Origin: a virus
Taxonomy: Duplodnaviria > Heunggongvirae > Uroviricota > Caudoviricetes
Strand: one strand, 5' to 3'
Length of the DNA: 64,000 bases
Virus record (IMG/VR): IMGVR_UViG_3300001336_000001
Location: 223,856-287,855 of that record
Below the pieces are notes generated by a model, which saw nothing but the letters and a program-made list of their open reading frames with translations, had not been told where the DNA came from and searched no databases. The position numbers and the translations under genes were made by a program. Positions 20,800 through 29,917 of this stretch are shown here, in pieces (position 1 is the first letter of the stretch; each line of letters begins with the position of its first letter).

Positions 20800-21582
20800 A
20801 TGAATAAAGATATTACAGTAATTATCCCTTTACACGAAATTAATGAGACAACAGAGGGGTTGTATAGCAATGCTATTACGAGTATTGAAAAACAATTAGT
20901 TAAACCAACATCAGTAATGATTGTGACCCCAAAGGGTGGGTCTGCAAGTGAGTTTGCCAAAAATTTCAACTACGGTTCAATTAGCGAATTAGTTAGTGTT
21001 GTTGAAAATGATGGTGAGACTGACTTTTCATCACAAATGAATTTTGGGGTTAAGCGATGTAAAACAACTTGGTTTTCATTGTTAGAATTTGATGATGAAT
21101 ATTCATCAATCTGGTTTAAAAATGTTGATGAGTATATTGAAGCATATCCAGATGTTGAATTATTTCTACCAATGATTGTTGATGTTGATACAAGTGGAAC
21201 ATTTATTGGTTTCACAAATGAAGCAGTTTGGGCCAATAGTTTTTCAGATGAATTGGGTATTTTGGACAAAGAAGCCCTATTAACGTACCAACAGTTCAAT
21301 ATTGATGGTATGGTTATGAAAACAGAAACATACTTAAATTTTGGGGGTATCAAAAAGAATATGAAACTAACGTTTATTTATGAATTCTTATTGAGGATGA
21401 CATTTAATTCCGTTAGAACCATGACAATACCAAAATTAGGGTACAAACATTTAAACCAAAGAGAAGGTTCTTTATTTAATACATATAAAACCCAAATTGA
21501 CCCAGTTGAAGCCAACTGGTGGTTAAATAAAGCTAAGAACGAGTACTATCACACATCAGATAGGGAGCTAAGTTACGAGTAA
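20800..21582 (+). CDS. GT2-like glycosyltransferase
   Basis: 'ITVIIP', 'MNFGVK', 'FSLLEFDDE'. Confidence 0.75.
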   Translation: MNKDITVIIPLHEINETTEGLYSNAITSIEKQLVKPTSVMIVTPKGGSASEFAKNFNYGSISELVSVVENDGETDFSSQMNFGVKRCKTTWFSLLEFDDEYSSIWFKNVDEYIEAYPDVELFLPMIVDVDTSGTFIGFTNEAVWANSFSDELGILDKEALLTYQQFNIDGMVMKTETYLNFGGIKKNMKLTFIYEFLLRMTFNSVRTMTIPKLGYKHLNQREGSLFNTYKTQIDPVEANWWLNKAKNEYYHTSDRELSYE

Positions 21583-21593
21583 AAAAAAATAAT

Positions 21594-22346
21594 ATGGCTA
21601 ATAAAAGAGGTAGAAAAAGGGTTAATGACCTTTATTTCGGACCAGAACAAGAAGAGGCCGTTGTTAAATTTTTAGAAAGTAGTGACGATAGAGAAAGGAA
21701 TGCAATCTACAACAAATGGTTGAGAGACCCATTTGACAAAATGATTGAATCGATAATTAGGAAATATAAATTATACAGAAAGGGTGTCTCATTTGAGGAT
21801 TTACATGCTGATACCCTTTCTTTCTTAATAACAAAAGCAGACAAGTTTAATAAAGATTCTGGCAACAAAGCATACTCTTATTACGGTACGATTTGTAAAA
21901 GATACATCATTGGATTATTGATTAAAGATGATAAATCAATGAAACAATTATACTCATACGATGAGTTATCCCAATCATATTTGGATAACCGTGATGATTT
22001 ACAATATGTTATAGATGATGACGAATTATCACTAGACAAATTATTTGATAAAATTTTGGGTGGATTAAAATTAGAAATGGATACATACATGGAACACCCA
22101 AACCCAAAAAAACGTTTATCCGAAAATGAAGTTAAAATTGGTTATGCATTAATCGAAATGATTCAAAATAGAAAACTAATTTTAGACAAAATAGGGGGTG
22201 GGGGTAAATTCTACCGAAATGCAATTCTTGAGACGATGAGAAATTATACGAACATGTCAACTAAAGATATTAGAACCTCAATGAAGCGATATACTGTAAT
22301 ATATGAAGTGTTAAAACTAGATGCTTTAGAAAATGGGTTTGATTAA
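21594..22346 (+). CDS. Phage sigma factor (T4 gp55-like late sigma)
   Basis: Region 2 motif 'KFNKDSGNKAYSYYGTICKRYII'. Confidence 0.7.
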   Translation: MANKRGRKRVNDLYFGPEQEEAVVKFLESSDDRERNAIYNKWLRDPFDKMIESIIRKYKLYRKGVSFEDLHADTLSFLITKADKFNKDSGNKAYSYYGTICKRYIIGLLIKDDKSMKQLYSYDELSQSYLDNRDDLQYVIDDDELSLDKLFDKILGGLKLEMDTYMEHPNPKKRLSENEVKIGYALIEMIQNRKLILDKIGGGGKFYRNAILETMRNYTNMSTKDIRTSMKRYTVIYEVLKLDALENGFD

Positions 22347-22399
22347 AATGTTTTTTATAATATTTATATATAATAACAATTAATTAAAAACTTAGAATT

Positions 22400-22789
22400 T
22401 TGCCTAGAAAGAAAAAACAAGACGTAAGAATTAATAGTCTACAAAGCCTTGAGGGGTTATGTCAAGAAACATACAATGATGCGTGTTCACAAATTAATGA
22501 TGCCCAAAAAGCAATTAATGAATTAGTTAACGCTGCTAACCCAACCGATGTTGATGATTTAACAAAGATATCTAAAGGTAAGGTTGAAGCATTAAAAGTT
22601 AAAGACTCAGCAATTAAAATTAAATTAGAAATTGCAAAACTACAAAATGATATTATTAAAAAGAATGGTGATGTTGAAGCTGCAATGTTAGAAAGAGGTG
22701 TTGATTCAGCATCATTAGATGACTTCTCAAAGGTTAGGGAACTAATCAAAAAGGGTGTAATAAATAACGATGAAACAAACGTAGAATAA
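22400..22789 (+). CDS. Helical protein, possibly small terminase-like
   Basis: 129-aa coiled-coil ORF, TTG start, ATATTTATA at 22360; function is a guess. Confidence 0.4.
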   Translation: MPRKKKQDVRINSLQSLEGLCQETYNDACSQINDAQKAINELVNAANPTDVDDLTKISKGKVEALKVKDSAIKIKLEIAKLQNDIIKKNGDVEAAMLERGVDSASLDDFSKVRELIKKGVINNDETNVE

Positions 22790-22791
22790 CT

Positions 22792-24294
22792 ATGTCAATC
22801 CTTGACCAAAAATCACAAGTTATGGGTAACATATCATCATTGAATGTGTTAACTGAGACATTACCAAAATTAAAAAAGGGGAACTCATTTTCCTCGATAA
22901 ACAATAGTGGTAATGCTACCGACTTTCTTATTGATTTAGTTAGGTCATTGGTTGGGTATAATGATTTGAAGCGAAACATAACTGATGTAATCACTAGAAA
23001 ACTACCCCAAATTGAAAATGAAATTAAAAATAGTCTAAAAAAAGACTTAAAAGAGCTAGTTAGTTGTAGTGTAAATCCAGGTATACCAACTTGGTTTAGA
23101 AGTGGTGGTTCTGGTGTAACATTAAGACTATCAGATATTGATTTTTTTGATATCACAAAGGTGGACCCAGAATCACCATTTGGTTTTTTAATTTATAGTG
23201 ACCAACAAGCTGGTGTAAACAGTACAGACTTTAACACATTCCTATATTCAAATATTGAACTAAATAGGGATAGTTACACTCAAAATGGTGGGTCATATAG
23301 TACATGGGGGTCATCAACAATCAATGAAGATATAATCGATATTAGATTTTCACCCATTGGTACCACACAAAATAACATTGTGAATTTTAAAACAAATCCC
23401 AATTACGACAATAAAACATTAACCGAATTAAACAATAACTTAATAGATAGCATAAATTTATTTGGTTCACCAAATAGTATTGATAGTGGTAAAATATTAG
23501 CTGCTATTGTAGATAATTTATTTGGGACTGTATCAGTTAATATTGGTAAAACTAAAAAACAATTAAAAAAAGAAGCTGAAATTAATGAGGTTTTGAAGTG
23601 TATTTTAAATGCTGATGATAGTGATGTCATTGATGATTCATTTTTTACTTTTAGTAATGAACAAATTAAGATGATTGAACAACAAGTTAAAAATAAATCT
23701 AAGGGTATTGGTATACTTGAAACTTGTGGTAATACACCAGTATCTGTACCAATAGAAATCTTATTAGAGTCAAATGAAGAAATTAATGACTCAATTAACA
23801 CAACGACTGGTACAACATCACCAGAAGAAGCGCAAGTCAACGCTGTTGATAAAGCTATTGATGATATAGCAAATGCTCAAACTGAAAATGTTGCGGAAAT
23901 AGATGTACCAACAATTAAAGTGAATTTTATATTAGATTTAATTAAAAGATTTATGCAATCAATAATTAGTATAATATTATCACCAAAATTAATAACATTA
24001 TACGCTATAAACCACCAAATTATTTATGGTCAAGGCTCTTCATATGATGGACCAATAGATTTCATGAAAAAAAATAAAACATTAATTACTAGAATATCAA
24101 AAACTGTTTTAGAAATAATAATTAGAATGTTATTAGCATTAGCTTTAAAATATATACTTAGAAAAGTATCTGAAAAAATAGCTGGTGATAATATTGAAAG
24201 AGGTAAAAACTATATAGCACAAATATTAAGTTTAATAGGTATATCACCAGCAATAATAAGGCAAATACAAGGTTTAGGTGCCTTAATAGTATAA
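22792..24294 (+). CDS. Putative virion/baseplate protein
   Basis: 500-aa ORF in late operon upstream of spike-like gene. Confidence 0.5.
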   Translation: MSILDQKSQVMGNISSLNVLTETLPKLKKGNSFSSINNSGNATDFLIDLVRSLVGYNDLKRNITDVITRKLPQIENEIKNSLKKDLKELVSCSVNPGIPTWFRSGGSGVTLRLSDIDFFDITKVDPESPFGFLIYSDQQAGVNSTDFNTFLYSNIELNRDSYTQNGGSYSTWGSSTINEDIIDIRFSPIGTTQNNIVNFKTNPNYDNKTLTELNNNLIDSINLFGSPNSIDSGKILAAIVDNLFGTVSVNIGKTKKQLKKEAEINEVLKCILNADDSDVIDDSFFTFSNEQIKMIEQQVKNKSKGIGILETCGNTPVSVPIEILLESNEEINDSINTTTGTTSPEEAQVNAVDKAIDDIANAQTENVAEIDVPTIKVNFILDLIKRFMQSIISIILSPKLITLYAINHQIIYGQGSSYDGPIDFMKKNKTLITRISKTVLEIIIRMLLALALKYILRKVSEKIAGDNIERGKNYIAQILSLIGISPAIIRQIQGLGALIV

Positions 24295-24307
24295 AAATAA
24301 CGTTTTT

Positions 24308-24757
24308 ATGAAGGAATGTAAATCAAATGAAAAAAGTGGACCAGTAACTGGTAGTGGTTTAAACTCAATAACACAAGTGTTGAAATTATTATTATCTGCC
24401 TTCAATATTGGTCAAAAACCAGCAACATCAATACCACCATTTTTATTGTTAGCTGGTGCTGAATTAAAACCTGGTATGAGTGGTAGAAACCTATCCGCAA
24501 ATATCATTTCAAGAATGGAATCCGAAGCTGGAATACCAATGGGTGATGTTTTTGCTGATGGACCTAACGCTGTGTCTGAAGCTATGTTAATTTCTAGTCA
24601 AGAACAAGTGTCACATATACAACAAAACGCTAAAGTTAGCACTATAATCAAACCAGGGTCTGTACAAGTCACCTCAACAGGTACTGCTGGACCAATACCA
24701 GTGATTGTTCAAGGTGCTAATGTTAGCCTAACACAAACATCTGGAATAATACAATAA
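24308..24757 (+). CDS. Putative baseplate protein
   Basis: 149-aa ORF; context. Confidence 0.5.
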   Translation: MKECKSNEKSGPVTGSGLNSITQVLKLLLSAFNIGQKPATSIPPFLLLAGAELKPGMSGRNLSANIISRMESEAGIPMGDVFADGPNAVSEAMLISSQEQVSHIQQNAKVSTIIKPGSVQVTSTGTAGPIPVIVQGANVSLTQTSGIIQ

Positions 24758-24759
24758 TT

Positions 24760-24939
24760 ATGAAAAGTAGTTGGGATGATAAAACAAATAATGAAATTTT
24801 GTTAGAAATAAAACAAATGCAATTAGACCATGAAGCATTAAAAAGTAAAATGTTAAGGGATTGGGATAAGTTGGTTGAGCTTGAAGATAAATTCAAAGAA
24901 GCAAACAATATTATTGTTGAAAGGTTAAAAGGTAAATAA
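24760..24939 (+). CDS. 59-aa coiled-coil protein (below track cutoff)
   Basis: MKSSWDDKTNNEILLEIKQMQLDHEALK...RLKGK* fills the gap. Confidence 0.65.
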   Translation: MKSSWDDKTNNEILLEIKQMQLDHEALKSKMLRDWDKLVELEDKFKEANNIIVERLKGK

Positions 24940-24945
24940 TATAAT

Positions 24946-25965
24946 ATGAGTACACCAAAATTTAATTCGGGTAAGAGTAATTCTTTTAATAAAAGGTTGG
25001 ACCAGTTCAAAACGATGCAATTGGCTGAAGTTGTTTATGTTGGTAAATTACCAGTAACACAAACAGACCCGAATAAAAAAAATATTGATTTAGCTTTTAA
25101 CTCGGACCCATACATTGTAAAATGTAGGGTGATTGGTAGTAACTATGATAACTCAATTAGTAATCCAGCGGATTTACCAAATTGTCACCCATTAACACCT
25201 AAATTTACATCAGTAATACCAAAATTAGGTGAAACCGTGATGGTATTCATGTTTAGTGAAGACGAAATGTATGCTGACAGGTTTTACATTGGACCCATAA
25301 TATCAAATTCTAGTTTATTAAATAAACAAACAAAATTTGATGGTGCAACACAAAATTTAAGTATTTCATTATTAGCACCACAAAAAGATTTATCAAAAAT
25401 AGAATCAGCTAAAGGTATTTATGCTGAATACGACACTGATAACACTTTTTCGATTGATGGTAGAGATAATTGTGATATTGTTTTTAAGAATTCAGAAGTT
25501 TTGATTAGAGGTGGTAAATTTATAGAAGGTGATACAACAACGTTTAATCAATTTAACCCAGCATATATCCAAATAAAACATGGTTTTACAATAACAGATG
25601 GTGATGATACTAAAAAGGTCAGTGTTAACAACATTGTTGCCAATAAAATAAATTTACTAACATATGATGGTGGTAGCCCTCAATTTAATCTGACTGATAG
25701 AAACCTAAAAAAAGGTACAACACCATACATTACCGATGAGGAGTTAAATACCATATTAGAAGAAGCTCACCCCTTAGTTTTTGGGGATATCTTATTAGAA
25801 TATATAGTTGCCTTTAGGAAAGCATTCCAATCACACGCACATAATAAATTTGGGGCCAACCCACCAACAGATAGGGTTGATATATCTAATGCTGTTGAAA
25901 CTTTTGAAAAGTTAGCACCAAAATTAGAAAGTATTATGTTATCTAAAAATATAAAGATTAATTAA
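24946..25965 (+). CDS. Baseplate hub/central spike (gp5/GpV-like OB fold, HxH tip motif)
   Basis: 'VKCRVIG...VIPKLGETVMV...RFYIGPI'; C-terminal 'FQSHAH'. Confidence 0.6.
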   Translation: MSTPKFNSGKSNSFNKRLDQFKTMQLAEVVYVGKLPVTQTDPNKKNIDLAFNSDPYIVKCRVIGSNYDNSISNPADLPNCHPLTPKFTSVIPKLGETVMVFMFSEDEMYADRFYIGPIISNSSLLNKQTKFDGATQNLSISLLAPQKDLSKIESAKGIYAEYDTDNTFSIDGRDNCDIVFKNSEVLIRGGKFIEGDTTTFNQFNPAYIQIKHGFTITDGDDTKKVSVNNIVANKINLLTYDGGSPQFNLTDRNLKKGTTPYITDEELNTILEEAHPLVFGDILLEYIVAFRKAFQSHAHNKFGANPPTDRVDISNAVETFEKLAPKLESIMLSKNIKIN

Positions 25966-25996
25966 GGTTTTTCTGATATTTATAAATAAAAAGAGA

Positions 25997-27409
25997 ATGG
26001 TAGTCAGAACCTATTTTAATAGAAACAACACATTAGTTTTCAACAGTATTATAAATACTGGTAGAAACCCCATAACTGAATTATATTATGGTGGTGAAAA
26101 TACCAATAACTCATTTAGTAGATTTATATTTCAATTTGATGAGACTAGATTAAAAAATTTATATGAAGATAAAACATTTGCTGATTTATCTAAGTTAAAA
26201 CACACATTAAGAATGACCAATACTGGTGCTTTTGATTTAGAATTACTAGGTAATGACACCTGTAAAGGTAAAAAAAGGGCAAGTTCTTTTGATTTAATTT
26301 TATTTAAAATAGAACAAGAGTGGGATGAAGGTGTTGGTTATGATTACGTAGGTATTAGTAACCAAACAGATACTATTGTATTATCAACATCACCATCAAA
26401 CTGGTTTGCCGCAAAAACAAATAGTCTTTGGGATAATAGTCCTGGTATATATTCTGGTTCATCATCTATACAGATTTTAGGTACCCAACACTTTGAGCAG
26501 GGTAATGAAAGTATTGAAATAGATGTAACTGATGTTGTTAACGGTTATTTAACTGGTGACACAAACTATGGTTTGGGTATCGCATTCCCATACGCATATG
26601 AAAACTTAACAACAGACCAACACCAGTATGTTGGTTTTTTCACAAGACACACACAAACTTTCTACGAACCATTCATTGAAACAACATATAGTTGTAAAAT
26701 AAAGGATGATAGAAATGATTTTTATTTAGATAAACCAAATCGATTATACTTGTATGTTAATCTAGGTGGTAAACCAACAAACTTGGACCAAATACCAACG
26801 GTAAAAATAATCGATAATTGTTCTAATGAAATTTTAAATTATACTCAAGACGATGTGGTTCACTGCACTAAGGGTGTATACTACATAGATATTTTAATAC
26901 CCACTAGTGGTGATACATATCCAGGGGTATTATTTAATGATGTTTGGGGTGATATAATTATAAATGGTATAGAAAGACCAGACATTGAATTATCCTTTGA
27001 AATAAAAGACCCCATGGATTATTACAACATAGGTGATAATGATAGTTTACCTAAAAAGGTTGGTTTTAATATTTCTGGTATAAATCACAATGAAAAAATT
27101 AAAAGAGGTGATATACGAAAAGTTTCAATTAGCACCAGAATACCATATACCGTTGAACAAATTGAAAAAGTTGATAGATTACAATATCGTTTATATGTTA
27201 AAGAAGGTAAAAATGAATACACTGTCATTGATTACCAAGATGTTGAAATGACAGCTAACAGTAATTATTTTTTATTAGATACTGCTAGTTTAATACCCAA
27301 CACCTATTATTTGGATGTTAAATACGAATCAAATTTAGAGGTGTCAACTAATAGGGAAATATTAAAATTTGATATTGTATCACAAGTTGAGTTAAGAATT
27401 TCACAATAA
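25997..27409 (+). CDS. Virion structural protein
   Basis: 470 aa; 'WDEGVGYDY', 'IEIDVTDVV', 'NYG'; late motif at 25976. Confidence 0.55.
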   Translation: MVVRTYFNRNNTLVFNSIINTGRNPITELYYGGENTNNSFSRFIFQFDETRLKNLYEDKTFADLSKLKHTLRMTNTGAFDLELLGNDTCKGKKRASSFDLILFKIEQEWDEGVGYDYVGISNQTDTIVLSTSPSNWFAAKTNSLWDNSPGIYSGSSSIQILGTQHFEQGNESIEIDVTDVVNGYLTGDTNYGLGIAFPYAYENLTTDQHQYVGFFTRHTQTFYEPFIETTYSCKIKDDRNDFYLDKPNRLYLYVNLGGKPTNLDQIPTVKIIDNCSNEILNYTQDDVVHCTKGVYYIDILIPTSGDTYPGVLFNDVWGDIIINGIERPDIELSFEIKDPMDYYNIGDNDSLPKKVGFNISGINHNEKIKRGDIRKVSISTRIPYTVEQIEKVDRLQYRLYVKEGKNEYTVIDYQDVEMTANSNYFLLDTASLIPNTYYLDVKYESNLEVSTNREILKFDIVSQVELRISQ

Positions 27410-27461
27410 TTATTCACTTTATAAATATATCCCATATATTTATAAACATATAGTTAACTAC

Positions 27462-27519
27462 GTATTAGTTTCGAGTCGCAAGGGCTTTAGAGTTGTTTAG
27501 GTAACAAAGAAATTAGTAC
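27462..27519 (+). ncRNA. Candidate structured 5' leader RNA
   Basis: 11-bp closing stem GTATTAGTTTC/GAAATTAGTAC enclosing two hairpins; G-U pairs favour the + strand. Confidence 0.45.
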
Positions 27520-27548
27520 ATTAATAACAAAAATTAAAAAGTTAAAAA

Positions 27549-28394
27549 ATGAAAATTAGTTTAAACAATGGGGTTACTACACCCCAAGCACATGTTGCTA
27601 TTAACAAAAGTAGGTTAAAAGTTTATAATAAAAACTCAAGTTCCCCAACCTTTTACCTACAAAAGGGTCAAGAATTCCAACTAGAGTTATTTAATCCAAC
27701 GACTGGAACCATATTAGCAAAAATTTTCTTAAATGGTAACCTTATCTCTCAAGGAGGTCTTGTCTTAAGACCAGGGGAACGCCTTTTTCTCGATAGATAT
27801 ATCGATGTACCAAAGAAGTTCTTATTCGACACGTATGAGGTCTCAAATACTGACGAGGTTAAAAAGGCTATTGAAGATAATGGTGACTTTAAAGTTGAAT
27901 TCTACAAAGAATTTACTATTCCAACTTACCCTATTGTAGGTGGGGTGCACACTATGGTTTTCGAGGATTATATATACCCAAATATTGGTACTACAACAAT
28001 TAGTGATAATACCCAATGTACCAATTTAAATTATGATAATTCAACAAATTATAGCACCACCCTGGGTTTAACGACTAACTCACTGACGACTAACCAAACA
28101 AACTTTTCTACTAGTAGTATAGGTCAAAATAAAAGGAGGTTAGTTAAGCAAAGTAAATCAGATAGTATTGAAACTGGTAGAGTTGAAAAAGGGTCAACAT
28201 CAAATCAAAAACTAACCACTGTTAATATGTCTTGGGAAATATTTCCATTTCACACAGTGGAGTATAAATTATTACCAGTATCACAAAAAATAAACACTAC
28301 AGGAGATATCATGATTAAAAGATATTGCACAAATTGTGGTAGTAAATTAGGTAAAACACATAAATTCTGTGCTAACTGTGGTGCTAAAGCATAA
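27549..28394 (+). CDS. Protein with C-terminal zinc ribbon
   Basis: 'YCTNCGSKLGKTHKFCANCG'. Confidence 0.7.
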   Translation: MKISLNNGVTTPQAHVAINKSRLKVYNKNSSSPTFYLQKGQEFQLELFNPTTGTILAKIFLNGNLISQGGLVLRPGERLFLDRYIDVPKKFLFDTYEVSNTDEVKKAIEDNGDFKVEFYKEFTIPTYPIVGGVHTMVFEDYIYPNIGTTTISDNTQCTNLNYDNSTNYSTTLGLTTNSLTTNQTNFSTSSIGQNKRRLVKQSKSDSIETGRVEKGSTSNQKLTTVNMSWEIFPFHTVEYKLLPVSQKINTTGDIMIKRYCTNCGSKLGKTHKFCANCGAKA

Positions 28395-28413
28395 ACAAAG
28401 ATAATAGTTAACT

Positions 28414-28459
28414 ATATAAAACAAAAAAGGCTAGAAGAAATTCTAGCCTTTTTTTATTA
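28414..28459. terminator. Bidirectional terminator, copy 1 of a 46-bp direct repeat
   Basis: AAAAAAGGCTAGAA-GAAA-TTCTAGCCTTTTTTT between convergent genes. Confidence 0.85.
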
Positions 28460-28460
28460 A

Positions 28461-29042
28461 TTATCGCTCCAAACTATAAACCATACCCATAAGGTTTAAA
28501 TTAGGATTTTTACTAAGATATAAATCACCCCTTTTTATAAGCTCACCTAATTTATTTTTACCTAGATTATAAATGAATTGTGTATTATGTAATTCTCTAA
28601 CTCTATCTATCCATTTTTTAGCTCTAATATCACCTTCATAATCACTAGTCATATCATCGAACCACTCTTCTTTATCTGTTTTTTGTGTTCTTATAATTGG
28701 TTTTTTAATCACATCATTTCTTGACGCAAATTTTTCCCATACATTAATTGCGTCTTGACTAGTAGAAGAATCATCAGACATTGTTACTCCTTTTGGGTAT
28801 ACATAAGTCATAACCAATTCATACAATAATGGACCATAACCCTTATCAGCATAAGCACCATAAATACTATATACATCTCCTTGTGTTGGCGAAAATGATA
28901 TGTAACCTTTTGGTTGGCCCGTATTGGTGTTTATGAGTAAAAATATATTACCCTCCTCAATAAAAATAATAGCTAAATCACTACTATTATTTATTTCAAT
29001 TCTACCCTCAAGCAATTCATTAAAAACCTCACTTAACTTCAT
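28461..29042 (-). CDS. GNAT-like protein with N-terminal leader (start revised, MKLSEVFNELLEG)
   Basis: 'ADKGYGPLLYE' motif A; 'SQDAINVW'; ATATTTATA at 29046-29054. Confidence 0.55.
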   Translation of the reverse strand: MKLSEVFNELLEGRIEINNSSDLAIIFIEEGNIFLLINTNTGQPKGYISFSPTQGDVYSIYGAYADKGYGPLLYELVMTYVYPKGVTMSDDSSTSQDAINVWEKFASRNDVIKKPIIRTQKTDKEEWFDDMTSDYEGDIRAKKWIDRVRELHNTQFIYNLGKNKLGELIKRGDLYLSKNPNLNLMGMVYSLER

Positions 29043-29056
29043 ATCTATAAATATCA

Positions 29057-29102
29057 ATATAAAACAAAAAAGGCTATAATTTCTTCTAGCCTTTTTTTAT
29101 TA
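29057..29102 (-). terminator. Terminator, copy 2 of the 46-bp direct repeat (loop inverted)
   Basis: Near-identical to 28414-28459. Confidence 0.75.
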
Positions 29103-29783
29103 CAAAATTTTTGTACCCTTACTTAAATTATCTGACCCCCATAATGGTTGAAGATTTTCTAAAGACCAACATAATTTAAATTCTCTATCTTCAGTTGTTT
29201 CAAAATTAAAACTAGCCATTGGTATCTTATGGTCAACATGCCACTCACCATAATTATCCCATGTCATACCCTCAGTAAATTGTTGCTCTAAATGAATCAT
29301 TAGTTCTTCTAATGTGTAACCTAATAATTCGAATGTAGAACGATATTTAGCAACATTACGTTCTTTTAGACAAGTCCATATTGCTGTTCGTGTATTACAT
29401 TTAAGCCTAAAACCTGGGTCATTTCTACGTTTATTCAAATACCATAACCTAGTTTTTTCATTAATATTAACCCTATTCTTATCTCGCCATTCACTATGAT
29501 ACTCTCTTAATTTAACCCTATTTTTATCAGACCATTCTTTATGGTATTCCGATAACTTTTCTTTATTTTTTTTAGCATAGCGTTTATCAGCGGCAGATTT
29601 ACCACCAATGTTTCTTCGTCCAGGTTGGTCCATTACAACACCATTTTCCCTTAGCGTCCTATTAATAACCGCTTTATGTACTTTATACAATTTACCAATT
29701 GATGGTGTACCCATCTTTTCCTCATTATAAAGCCTAATAATTTCTTTGACTTCTTCTTCACTAAATTTAATCCTTTTTGCCAT
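29100..29783 (-). CDS. Free-standing HNH homing endonuclease with N-terminal HTH-like region
   Basis: 'GMTWDNYGEWHVDHKIP...LENLQPLWGSDNLSKG'; own TTTG-N19-TATATTTG promoter at 29788-29818. Confidence 0.85.
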   Translation of the reverse strand: MAKRIKFSEEEVKEIIRLYNEEKMGTPSIGKLYKVHKAVINRTLRENGVVMDQPGRRNIGGKSAADKRYAKKNKEKLSEYHKEWSDKNRVKLREYHSEWRDKNRVNINEKTRLWYLNKRRNDPGFRLKCNTRTAIWTCLKERNVAKYRSTFELLGYTLEELMIHLEQQFTEGMTWDNYGEWHVDHKIPMASFNFETTEDREFKLCWSLENLQPLWGSDNLSKGTKIL

Positions 29784-29865
29784 AGTACAAATATACTAAT
29801 AAATATACTGAAAGCAAAGTAAAACACCCATAAAATCGATTATTAATTTAAAAAAGTTTTTAACA

Positions 29866-29896
29866 AAAAAAAGGTCTGACAAAAATCAGACCTTTT
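29866..29896 (-). terminator. Intrinsic terminator after MCP
   Basis: AAAAGGTCTGA-caaaaa-TCAGACCTTTT with a long U tract on the minus strand. Confidence 0.8.
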
Positions 29897-29917
29897 AATT
29901 TATTAATAATGAATATA

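Noticed and set aside
27462-27519. Hammerhead ribozyme or c-di-GMP riboswitch
   Set aside because: Lacks the CUGAnGA core and the GEMM conserved nucleotides; kept only as an unknown structure.
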